Origin: Candidatus Eiseniibacteriota bacterium
Lineage (GTDB): Bacteria > Eisenbacteria > RBG-16-71-46
Assembly (NCBI GenBank): GCA_963744995.1
Contig: CAVUWA010000002.1
Coordinates: 288,001 to 352,000 of the forward strand
Direction of reading: 5' to 3'
DNA length: 64,000 nt
In this document: in pieces, positions 38,649-47,265 of the stretch
Layout: each line of letters begins with the position of its first letter
How positions within the stretch are numbered: position 1 is the first letter of the stretch
The notes under the pieces: generated by a model
The model's input: only the letters and a program-made list of their open reading frames with translations
Databases searched by the model: none
Told to the model about the DNA's origin: nothing
Program-made: the position numbers and the translations under genes

Positions 38649-41600
38649 ATGGATCGTCGCGACGCGCTTCCCCCTGCGGCCCTGCTCGGGGCGGGAGAGA
38701 TGCGCGTGCGCCTGAGCGCCGCCGGTACCGGAGGCACGTGGTACGGCGAACATGCGCTGACGCGCTGGCGTCCCGATCCGGTCGAAGATCGATTCGGCTG
38801 GCGCTTCCAGGTGTACGAGCCGGAAACCGGCGCGTGCTGGCCGATCGGCCGCGGCGGCCCGGACGACGTGCCGGCGCGGTTCGACGCCGTTGCGGCTCCC
38901 GGCCGTTTCACGATCGAGCGCGCGGAAGACGGCATCGAGACGCGGCTCGAGGTGTGCGTGGATCCCGCGGCGAGCCGCGAACTCAGGCGCGTGACGCTGG
39001 TGAACACCGGCCGCACCGTGCGCACGATCCAGCTCGCGTCGATGTTCGAGGTGTCGCTGCAGCACCCGGCGGCCGACACCGCCCATCCCGCGTTCTCGAA
39101 GCTGTTCGTGCAGACCTCGTGGGACGCGCCACGGCGCGCACTGCTCGCACGGCGGCGCCCGCGCGGCGGCGACGAGCGCCATCCGTGGATGCTGCTCGCC
39201 GCGCCGGGCACGGACGGGCTCGAATGGGAGACCGACCGCGCGCGCCACCTGGGTCGCGGCGATCTCGCCCACCGGCGCGCGCGGCTCGCGGCACCGGGCG
39301 TGTTCGCGGGGAGCACCGGGAACGTGCTCGATCCGGTATTCGCGATCCGGCGCCGCGTGGCGCTCGACCCCGGCGCGAGCGCCGTGTTCGACTTCGTGCT
39401 CGCCGCCGCGCCGGAGCGGGATGCGGTGCTCGGGCTCGCGGCCGACCTCGATCCACCGCGGGTGGCCGCCCTCTTCGCAGCGGCTGAAGCGGCCGAGCGC
39501 GAGCGGCAGGCGGCGCTGGGGCTCGGTCCCGGGCGCGCCGCGTTTCTGCAGGCGCTGGGCGCCGCGGCGCTCGAGGGCCGGCCCGCGCTGCGCGGCGAGC
39601 GAGAAGCGTTCGCGCGCGCCGCAGGCTCGATCGACGCGCTGCGGAGGATGGGGCTCGATCCGGCGCAGCCGCTGGTGTTCGCCGAGGGCGAAGCCGTGCC
39701 GCTCGCCCTCGAGGCACTCCGCTACTGGCGGGCGCTTGGCTGGCCGTTCCAGCTGCTCGTCCAGGCCGGCGCCGCGGCGCCCTCCGCCGACCCCGCCGAT
39801 GGCGTGCACCTCGCTTCGGCGGCCGGCGAAGGCGCAGCAGACCTGCTGCTCGCGCGCGCCGCGGCATGCTGGGCGCCCGCGTCGGGCACGGCCCCGCGCC
39901 TGGAGCCCGCGCCCGCCGTGCCCCCGGTGGATCGCGCGCGGCCGCTCAGGTCATGCGACGGCGGCGCGCCGGCCGGCGGCGAAACGCTGCGCGCCGCCAA
40001 CGGGCTCGGCGGATTCAGCGCCGACGGGCGCGAATACGTGATCCGCGTGAGCGGTGTGAACGGTCATGGCCGGCCGCCGCAGCCCTGGGTGAACGTGATC
40101 GCCAACGAGCGGATCGGCTTTCTCATCAGCGAGTCGGGTGCCGCCTCCACGTGGGGGGCGAACAGCCGCGAGTACCGCCTGACGCCGTGGTCCAATGACC
40201 CGGTGCTCGATCCGTACGGCGAGGCGCTCTACGTGCGGGATCTCGACGACGCCACGTTCTGGTCGCCCATGCCGGGGCCGGTCGCGTGTGGCGGGGAATT
40301 CGAAGTGCGGCACGCCATGGGCGAGTCGCGCTTCCGTCACACCCACGCCGGGATCGAGCACGACACGCGCCTGTTCGTCGCCCGCGAGGATCCGGTCCGC
40401 TTCTGCCGCGTGCGGCTCGTCAATCGCTCGCCGCGCACCCGGCGGCTGTCGCTCGCCGCCTATCAGCGGCTGGTGCTGGGGGCACTGCCCGAGAGCGACG
40501 GGCGCTTCGCGGTCACCTCGCGCGACGCCGCGAGCGGCGCCCTGTTCGCCACGAGCGCGGTGGGCGACGCGTTCGCGCGCCGCGTCGCCTTCGCGCAGGT
40601 CGTGGCGCCGGACGGCGCCGCACGCCCCCGCGTGACCACCGATCGGGCCGCGTTCCTCGGGGTGCCCGGCGATCCCCGCCGGCCCGCCGCGTTCGTCCGC
40701 GGCGAGATGCTCGACGGCGTGACCGGCGCCGGCCTCGATCCGTGTTTCGCGTTCGATACGGCAATCGAGCTCGCGCCCGGCGAAGAGGTCGAGCGCACCT
40801 TCCTGCTGGGCGATGCTGCGGACGCCGCCGAGGCGCGTGCGCTGCTCGCCCGCCACGCGACGCCGGCGGCGGTCGAGGCGGCCCACGGAGAGGCGCTCGC
40901 GTTCTGGCAGAACCTCGTCGACGGCCTGCAGATCGAGACGCCGGAGCCGGCGCTCGACCTGATGGTCAACGCCTGGCTGCCGTATCAGGCGCTGAGCGGC
41001 CGCATGCTCGGCCGCACCGCCTTCTACCAGTCGAGCGGCGCATACGGGTTCCGCGACCAGCTGCAGGACGCGAGCGGTTTCACGCTGCTCGATCCGGACC
41101 GCTTCCGGCGCCAGATCCTGCTGCACGCCGCGCACCAGTTCGTGGAGGGCGACGTGCTGCACTGGTGGCACCCGCCGCTCGATCGCGGAATGCGCACCCG
41201 CTTCGCCGACGATCTCCTGTGGCTGCCCTGGCTCACCGCGGGTTACGTCGGGGCGACCGGCGACGTCTCGGTGCTCGAGGAGCGCCGGCCGCTCCTTACC
41301 GCCCGCGCCCTGGCGCCAGGCGAGGCGGAAGCGTTCGTCGAGCCGCGCCCGGCAGGGCGCACGGCCGACGTCTACACCCACGCATGCATGGCGATCGACC
41401 GCTCGCTCACGACCGGCGCGCACGGCCTGCCGCTGTTCGGCACCGGCGACTGGAACGACGGCATGAACCGGGTCGGCCAGGCCGGACGCGGCGAGAGCGT
41501 CTGGATGGCGTTCTTCCTGATCGCGGTGATCGACGCGTTCGCGCCGCTCTGCGAACGCCGCGGCGACGGCGCGCGCGCGGCGCGCTACCGCGCGCACGCG

Positions 41601-42569
41601 GCGACCCTGCGTGAAGCCGTGGAGGCGAACGCCTGGGACGGCGAGTGGTACCTGCGGGCCTTCGATGACGACGGTGTGCCGCTCGGCACGCACGCCGACA
41701 CCGAATGCCGCATCGACGGTCTCGTGCAGGCGTGGTCGGTGATCTCGGGCGCGGCGCCGCCCGCTCGCGCGGCGCAGGCCCTGGACGCCGTGGAGCGGCA
41801 CCTGATTTCGGAGCGCGAGGGACTGATCCGACTGCTCACGCCGCCGTTCGAGAACACGCCACGGGATCCCGGCTACATCAAGGGGTACGTGAAGGGCGTG
41901 CGCGAAAACGGCGGGCAGTACACGCACGCTGCGCTGTGGATCGTGCGCGCACTCGCCGAGGCCGGGCGAACCGATCGCGCGGCGCCGCTGCTCGCGATGC
42001 TGAGCCCGGTTCATCACGCCGCGGATCCGGCCGGGGTGGCGACGTACCGCGTGGAGCCCTACGTGGTCGCCGCCGACGTCTACGGCGCCGAGCCGCACGT
42101 CGGACGCGGCGGCTGGACCTGGTACACGGGATCGGCGAGCTGGATGTATCGCGTCGCGGTGGAGTCGGTGCTCGGGATCGAGTGGGTGAACGGCGATCAG
42201 CTGCGCCTCACCCCGCGGATTCCGGACGCATGGCCCGCCTGCCGCGTGACCTGGCGTGTTCCGGGCGCCGGCGCGACGTATCAGATCGAGTACGAACGGG
42301 CGGCGCCCGGGCGGGCGAGCGGCGCGACGGTCGACGGCAGCGCGGTGCCGGTGCATGATGGCGTGACGATGGTGCCGATCGCGCGCGACGGCGGAACGCA
42401 TCGCGTGATCGTGACGCTCGGCGCCGCGAACGGCACGCGGGCGTCCGCCTCCGGCCGTCGCGGCGCCGAGACGGTCACGAATCCGGCCACCGCGCGCGGC
42501 GCGGCGCTGGAGAGCGGCGAACCGCGAGCGCCGCGGCCGCCACGGCCACCCGCGAAACCGGGACGCTAG
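38649..42569 (+). CDS. GH94 glycoside phosphorylase resembling the C-terminal half of cyclic beta-1,2-glucan synthase (NdvB/Cgs)
   Basis: HPAFSKLFVQT, NG.GGFS.DGREYVI, PQPWVNVIAN, NSREYRLTPWSNDP, QSSGAYGFRDQLQD, GTGDWNDGMN, RENGGQYTH, GRGGWTWYTGSA; no signal peptide. Confidence 0.9.
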   Translation: MDRRDALPPAALLGAGEMRVRLSAAGTGGTWYGEHALTRWRPDPVEDRFGWRFQVYEPETGACWPIGRGGPDDVPARFDAVAAPGRFTIERAEDGIETRLEVCVDPAASRELRRVTLVNTGRTVRTIQLASMFEVSLQHPAADTAHPAFSKLFVQTSWDAPRRALLARRRPRGGDERHPWMLLAAPGTDGLEWETDRARHLGRGDLAHRRARLAAPGVFAGSTGNVLDPVFAIRRRVALDPGASAVFDFVLAAAPERDAVLGLAADLDPPRVAALFAAAEAAERERQAALGLGPGRAAFLQALGAAALEGRPALRGEREAFARAAGSIDALRRMGLDPAQPLVFAEGEAVPLALEALRYWRALGWPFQLLVQAGAAAPSADPADGVHLASAAGEGAADLLLARAAACWAPASGTAPRLEPAPAVPPVDRARPLRSCDGGAPAGGETLRAANGLGGFSADGREYVIRVSGVNGHGRPPQPWVNVIANERIGFLISESGAASTWGANSREYRLTPWSNDPVLDPYGEALYVRDLDDATFWSPMPGPVACGGEFEVRHAMGESRFRHTHAGIEHDTRLFVAREDPVRFCRVRLVNRSPRTRRLSLAAYQRLVLGALPESDGRFAVTSRDAASGALFATSAVGDAFARRVAFAQVVAPDGAARPRVTTDRAAFLGVPGDPRRPAAFVRGEMLDGVTGAGLDPCFAFDTAIELAPGEEVERTFLLGDAADAAEARALLARHATPAAVEAAHGEALAFWQNLVDGLQIETPEPALDLMVNAWLPYQALSGRMLGRTAFYQSSGAYGFRDQLQDASGFTLLDPDRFRRQILLHAAHQFVEGDVLHWWHPPLDRGMRTRFADDLLWLPWLTAGYVGATGDVSVLEERRPLLTARALAPGEAEAFVEPRPAGRTADVYTHACMAIDRSLTTGAHGLPLFGTGDWNDGMNRVGQAGRGESVWMAFFLIAVIDAFAPLCERRGDGARAARYRAHAATLREAVEANAWDGEWYLRAFDDDGVPLGTHADTECRIDGLVQAWSVISGAAPPARAAQALDAVERHLISEREGLIRLLTPPFENTPRDPGYIKGYVKGVRENGGQYTHAALWIVRALAEAGRTDRAAPLLAMLSPVHHAADPAGVATYRVEPYVVAADVYGAEPHVGRGGWTWYTGSASWMYRVAVESVLGIEWVNGDQLRLTPRIPDAWPACRVTWRVPGAGATYQIEYERAAPGRASGATVDGSAVPVHDGVTMVPIARDGGTHRVIVTLGAANGTRASASGRRGAETVTNPATARGAALESGEPRAPRPPRPPAKPGR

Positions 42570-42609
42570 CGGCCGCCGTTCCCGCGCGGCGGAGCCAGGG
42601 AGGATCAGG

Positions 42610-44154
42610 ATGAACCGCTCTGCAGTCCCGGAAAGCGGGGCACGCCCGCGCCCGCCCGCAGCCGCCCCGCGCTGTGACGGCCGGCTGTGGCGCCCGTGCG
42701 CCGCGATCCTGATGATGGCGACGGTTCTCGCCGTACTGGCCGCCGCCGGCTGCGCCGCACCGGAAGGCCACGCCACCGGGGACGCGAAGCAGGTGCAGGC
42801 GGCCGCGCGCACCGGGTTTTCGACGCTCGACCCGGCGCAGGCGGCGTTCCTCGATTCGCTCGAGCGCGGCACGTTCCGCTGGTTCTGGGATCTTTCCGAC
42901 CCGAACACCGGGCTCACCCCGGACCGCTGGCCGACGAAGTCGTTCTCCAGCGTCGCGGCGATCGGCTTCGCGCTGACCGCGTATCCGATCGGTGCCGAGC
43001 ACGGCTGGGTCACGCGCGAGGCGGCACGCGAGCGCGTGAGGCACACGATGGAGTTCCTCTGGCGCGCGCCGCAGGGCGACGCGCCGGCAGGCATGACCGG
43101 CTACCACGGCCTCTACTATCACTTCCTGGTGCCGGAGACCGGCGCGCGTTTCCAGAACGTCGAGCTCTCGACCATCGATACCGCGCTGCTGATGGCGGGC
43201 GTGCTGTTCTGCCAGTCGTACTTCGACCGTGCGGACGAGGCGCCGGTGCGCGCGCTCGCGGAGTCGCTGTACACCCGGGTCGAATGGGACTGGGCGCAGC
43301 CGCGGCCACCGTCGATCGTGCTCGGCTGGGATCCGGAGAAGGGCTTCATGCCCTACGACTGGGGCGGCTACAACGAGGCCATGATCCTCATGATTCTCGC
43401 GCTGGGTTCGCCCACGCACCCGGCGCACGGCGACGTGTGGGGCGCGTGGACGAAACACTATCGGTGGGCCACGTTCGAGGGCGAGCCGCAGCTCGTGTTC
43501 GCGCCGCTGTTCGGACACCAGTACTCGCACGTGTGGATCGACTTTCGCGGCATCGAGGACGACTGGTGCCGTGCGAAGGGGATCGACTACTTCGAGAACT
43601 CGCGCCGCGCCACGATCGCGCAGCGCGCCTATGCGATCGACAATCCGGGCAAGTGGCGCGGCTACGGCGAGCGGCTCTGGGGACTCACGGCCTGCGACGG
43701 TCCGCTGGATGGCAAGCGCAGGGTCGACGGCGTCGAGCGCGAGTTCCACACCTACTGGGGTCGCGGGGTCACCGACCGCGACGTATGGGACGACGGCACC
43801 GTGGCTCCGGCGGCCGCGGGTGGTTCGGTCGCCTTCGCTCCCGACCTCTGCGCGACCACGCTGATGGCGATGCGCGCCGACTATGGCGCGCCGCTCTACG
43901 GCAAGTACGGCTTCGTCGACGCGTTGAATCCGACGCTGCGCGAGGCGGGGCCGGTGGCGCAGGGACGGATCGTCCCCGGGGTGGGCTGGTTCGACACCGA
44001 CTACCTCGGCATCGATCAGGGCCCGATCGTATGCATGCTCGAGAACCTGCGCAGCGGCCTGGTGTGGCGAGTCATGCGCAGCAACCCGCACGTCAGGCGC
44101 GGCCTCGCAGCCGCAGGATTCAGGGGCGGATGGCTGGACGAGCCCGCGCAGTGA
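42610..44154 (+). CDS. Second GH144-like enzyme, predicted lipoprotein
   Basis: LAAAGC lipobox, SSVAAIGFAL, GLYYHFL, ELSTIDTALL, GYNEAMIL, PLFGHQYSH, WGLTACDGP, GIDQGPI. True start may be downstream (about 42712). Confidence 0.87.
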   Translation: MNRSAVPESGARPRPPAAAPRCDGRLWRPCAAILMMATVLAVLAAAGCAAPEGHATGDAKQVQAAARTGFSTLDPAQAAFLDSLERGTFRWFWDLSDPNTGLTPDRWPTKSFSSVAAIGFALTAYPIGAEHGWVTREAARERVRHTMEFLWRAPQGDAPAGMTGYHGLYYHFLVPETGARFQNVELSTIDTALLMAGVLFCQSYFDRADEAPVRALAESLYTRVEWDWAQPRPPSIVLGWDPEKGFMPYDWGGYNEAMILMILALGSPTHPAHGDVWGAWTKHYRWATFEGEPQLVFAPLFGHQYSHVWIDFRGIEDDWCRAKGIDYFENSRRATIAQRAYAIDNPGKWRGYGERLWGLTACDGPLDGKRRVDGVEREFHTYWGRGVTDRDVWDDGTVAPAAAGGSVAFAPDLCATTLMAMRADYGAPLYGKYGFVDALNPTLREAGPVAQGRIVPGVGWFDTDYLGIDQGPIVCMLENLRSGLVWRVMRSNPHVRRGLAAAGFRGGWLDEPAQ

Positions 44155-45557
44155 CGCCGCCGCGGCGTCGCGCCGCTGCGTGCCGCGCCCGGGGTCGCGG
44201 CGCCGCGATCGGTGCGCTGGCCGTCGTGCTCGCCGCCGGCTGCGGCCGGGGCGCCGGCGGCGGTGTCACGCTGCGGTTCTGGGCGATGGGCCGCGAGGGC
44301 GAGGTCGTGCAGCAGCTGGTGCGCGACTTCGAGCGCGAGAACCCCGGCGTCCGCGTCGAGGTGCAGCAGATCCCCTGGTCGGCCGCGCACGAGAAGCTGC
44401 TCACCGGCTACGTCGGCGGCTCGACCCCCGACGTCACGCAGCTCGGCAACACATGGATCGCCGAGTTCGCCGCGCTGCATGCGCTCGAGCCGCTGAACGG
44501 GCGCCTCGCGCGCTCGGACGCGCTCGCCGACAGCTCGTACTTCCCCGGCATCTGGGAGACCAACGTCGTCGACGGTGAAGTGTACGGAGTGCCGTGGTAC
44601 GTCGACACGCGCGTGCTGTTCTACCGCCGCGATCTGCTGAAGCGCGCCGGGTACGCGAAGATGCCGGAGACGTGGCAGGGCTGGCTCGAGGCGATGCGCG
44701 CGATCAAGCGCATGGAGGGCGCGCACCGCTACGCGATCTTCCTGCCGACCAACGAGTTCATGCAGCCGGTGATCTTCGGGATGCAGACCGGCTCGCCGCT
44801 GCTCGAGGCGCACGGCACGCGCGGTGCATTCTCGAAGCCGGCGTTCAAGCGCGCCTTCGACTTCTACGTCGGCATGTTCCGCGATTCGCTGGCGCCGCCG
44901 ATCGGCAATGCCGAAATCGCCAACATGTATCAGGAGTTCGCGCGCGGCTACTTCGCCATGATGATCACCGGCCCGTGGAACCTGGGTGAATTCGAGCAAC
45001 GGCTTCCGGACTCGCTGCAGGACGCCTGGGGCACGGCGCCGCTCCCGGGGCCCGACGGGCCCGGAGCATCGATCGCGGGCGGCTCGAGCCTGGTGCTGAT
45101 GCGCGGCTCGCACCACAAGGATGCGGCGTGGCGGCTGATCGAGTTCCTGTCGCGGCCCGATCAGCAGCTGCGGTTCTGGCAGCTGACCGGCGACCTGCCG
45201 GCACGGGTCGAGGTCTGGCGCGATTCGGCGCTGGTCGCAGACCCGCGCGTGGTCGCGTTCGGTGAGCAGCTCCGGCGCGCGGTGCCGGCGCCGCGGGTGC
45301 CCGAATGGGAGGAGATCGCGAACCTGCTCCAGGATCGCGCCGAGGCCGTGATCCGCGGCGGCGTGAGCGCCGACTCGGCGCTGGCGCGTTTCGATCGCGA
45401 CGTGGATCGACTGCTCGAGAAGCGCCGCTGGATGCTGCAGCGGACGCACGGCGCGGGCGACGAGGGGACGACGAGCGGGGGCGCCGGCGCGCCGGGCGCC
45501 GTTCGCGAAGCCGCCGCAGGCGCGTCCCACGCGGGCGCCCGCGGGAGGGACGGATGA
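44151..45557 (+). CDS. Sugar ABC transporter substrate-binding lipoprotein
   Basis: LAAGC, TLRFWAMGREG, PDVTQLGNTW, VPWYVDTRVLFYR, GPW, GGSSL. Confidence 0.9.
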   Translation: MTPPRRRAAACRARGRGAAIGALAVVLAAGCGRGAGGGVTLRFWAMGREGEVVQQLVRDFERENPGVRVEVQQIPWSAAHEKLLTGYVGGSTPDVTQLGNTWIAEFAALHALEPLNGRLARSDALADSSYFPGIWETNVVDGEVYGVPWYVDTRVLFYRRDLLKRAGYAKMPETWQGWLEAMRAIKRMEGAHRYAIFLPTNEFMQPVIFGMQTGSPLLEAHGTRGAFSKPAFKRAFDFYVGMFRDSLAPPIGNAEIANMYQEFARGYFAMMITGPWNLGEFEQRLPDSLQDAWGTAPLPGPDGPGASIAGGSSLVLMRGSHHKDAAWRLIEFLSRPDQQLRFWQLTGDLPARVEVWRDSALVADPRVVAFGEQLRRAVPAPRVPEWEEIANLLQDRAEAVIRGGVSADSALARFDRDVDRLLEKRRWMLQRTHGAGDEGTTSGGAGAPGAVREAAAGASHAGARGRDG

Positions 45558-46444
45558 GCAATCCGCACGCACGGGCCCAGCAACGCGCCGGGTGGCTGAT
45601 GGTGTCGCCCGCGCTGCTCCTGATCGGGGTGTTCTTCGCGCTGCCGGTGCTCGCCGGGCTGCTCCTGAGCCTCACGGACTTCGACATCTACGCGATCGCC
45701 GATCCGGCGAACATGCGCTTCGTCGGCATCGGCAACTACGTGCACATTCTCTCCGATCCGCTGTTCTGGAAGGCGCTCGGCAACACGTTCTACTTCGTGC
45801 TGGTCGGCGGGCCGCTGTCGATCGCGGTGTCGCTCGGCGCGGCGCTGATGCTGGACGCGAAGGGCGTACGCTGGCCGGGCTTCTTCCGCTCGATCTACTT
45901 CATGCCGGTGGTGACGACGCTGGTCGCGGTGTCGGTGGTCTGGCGCTATCTCTACCACCCGCGTTACGGGTTGATCGATGCGGCGCTCGGCGGTCTCGGC
46001 CTGCCGGCGATCGACTGGCTCGGCAACCCGCACTGGGCGATGCCGGCGATCATCCTGCTGAGCGTGTGGAAGAACTTCGGCTACAACATGCTCATCTTCA
46101 TCGCCGGACTGCAGAGCATCCCTCAGGAAACGTACGAGGCGGCTGAGCTCGACGGCGCGACGTGGTGGGGACGCTTTCGCCACGTCACGCTGCCGGGGCT
46201 CGGACCGACGCTGCTGTTCATCGGCATCATCACGATGCTCGGCCAGTTCCAGCTGTTCGCCGAGCCGTACGTGATGACGCAGGGCGGGCCGCTCAAGGCG
46301 ACCACCAGCGTCGTGCTGCTCATGTACGAGCAGGGCTTCCGCTGGTGGCGGATCGGTTTCGCCGCGTCGATCTCGTTCCTGCTGTTCCTGATCATGCTGG
46401 TCGGGACGCTGCTGCAGATGCGTCTGCAACGGAGCCGGCCGTGA
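45554..46444 (+). CDS. Carbohydrate ABC transporter permease (CUT1, MalF-like)
   Basis: FVGIGNY, WLGNP, WKNFGYNM, AGLQSIP..YEAAELDGA. Confidence 0.93.
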   Translation: MSNPHARAQQRAGWLMVSPALLLIGVFFALPVLAGLLLSLTDFDIYAIADPANMRFVGIGNYVHILSDPLFWKALGNTFYFVLVGGPLSIAVSLGAALMLDAKGVRWPGFFRSIYFMPVVTTLVAVSVVWRYLYHPRYGLIDAALGGLGLPAIDWLGNPHWAMPAIILLSVWKNFGYNMLIFIAGLQSIPQETYEAAELDGATWWGRFRHVTLPGLGPTLLFIGIITMLGQFQLFAEPYVMTQGGPLKATTSVVLLMYEQGFRWWRIGFAASISFLLFLIMLVGTLLQMRLQRSRP

Positions 46445-47265
46445 GGCGCGTCCGCTCGCAGCCGCTCTTCCTGCATGCCGCGCTCGGGCTGCTCGCACTG
46501 CTGACCGTGGTGCCGCTGCTGTGGATGTTCTCGGCCTCGTTCATGGCGGCAGGGGAGGCGAACTCGCTGCCACCGCGCCTGCTGCCCGCGGCCGGCACGT
46601 TCGCCCACTACGCGGCGCTGTTCCAGCGGCTCGACATCACGCGCAACTTCACCAACAGCGCGATCGTCGCCGTCGGCGCGACGCTGTTCTCGCTGGTCGT
46701 GAATTCGCTGGCCGGGTACGCGTTCGCCAAGCTGCGGTTCAAGGGCCGCGATCGCGTGTTCGGCCTGCTGCTCGGCGCGCTGGTCATCCCGTCCCAGGTC
46801 GGCATGCTGCCGCTGTTTCTGCTGCTCAAGCAGATCGGGCTCGTGAACTCGCTGTGGAGCGCGATCATCCCGAGCATGGCGACGGTGTTCGGCATCTTCC
46901 TGGTGCGCCAGTACGCACTGAGCATCCCGGACGCGCTGCTGGATGCCGCACGCATCGACGGCGCGGGCGAATTCCAGATCTACCGCACGATCGTGATGCC
47001 GCTGCTGACGCCGATCCTGGTGACGCTGGCCGCGTTCACCTTCCTCTCGGCGTGGAACGACTTCATGTGGCCGCTGATCGTGCTCAGCGACGAGGCGCGC
47101 TACACGCTGCCGGTCGCGCTCGCGAACCTCAGCGGCGAGCACGTGCAGGACACCGAGCTGATGATGGCGGGCGCCGTGATCACCGTGCTGCCGACGATCC
47201 TGGTGTTCCTCGCGCTGCAGCGCGCGTACGTGCGCGGCGTGATGACGGGGAGCGTGAAGGAATGA
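46441..47265 (+). CDS. Carbohydrate ABC transporter permease (CUT1, MalG-like)
   Basis: AGYAFAKLRFKG, IPDALLDAARIDGA, WNDFMWPL. Confidence 0.93.
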   Translation: MRRVRSQPLFLHAALGLLALLTVVPLLWMFSASFMAAGEANSLPPRLLPAAGTFAHYAALFQRLDITRNFTNSAIVAVGATLFSLVVNSLAGYAFAKLRFKGRDRVFGLLLGALVIPSQVGMLPLFLLLKQIGLVNSLWSAIIPSMATVFGIFLVRQYALSIPDALLDAARIDGAGEFQIYRTIVMPLLTPILVTLAAFTFLSAWNDFMWPLIVLSDEARYTLPVALANLSGEHVQDTELMMAGAVITVLPTILVFLALQRAYVRGVMTGSVKE

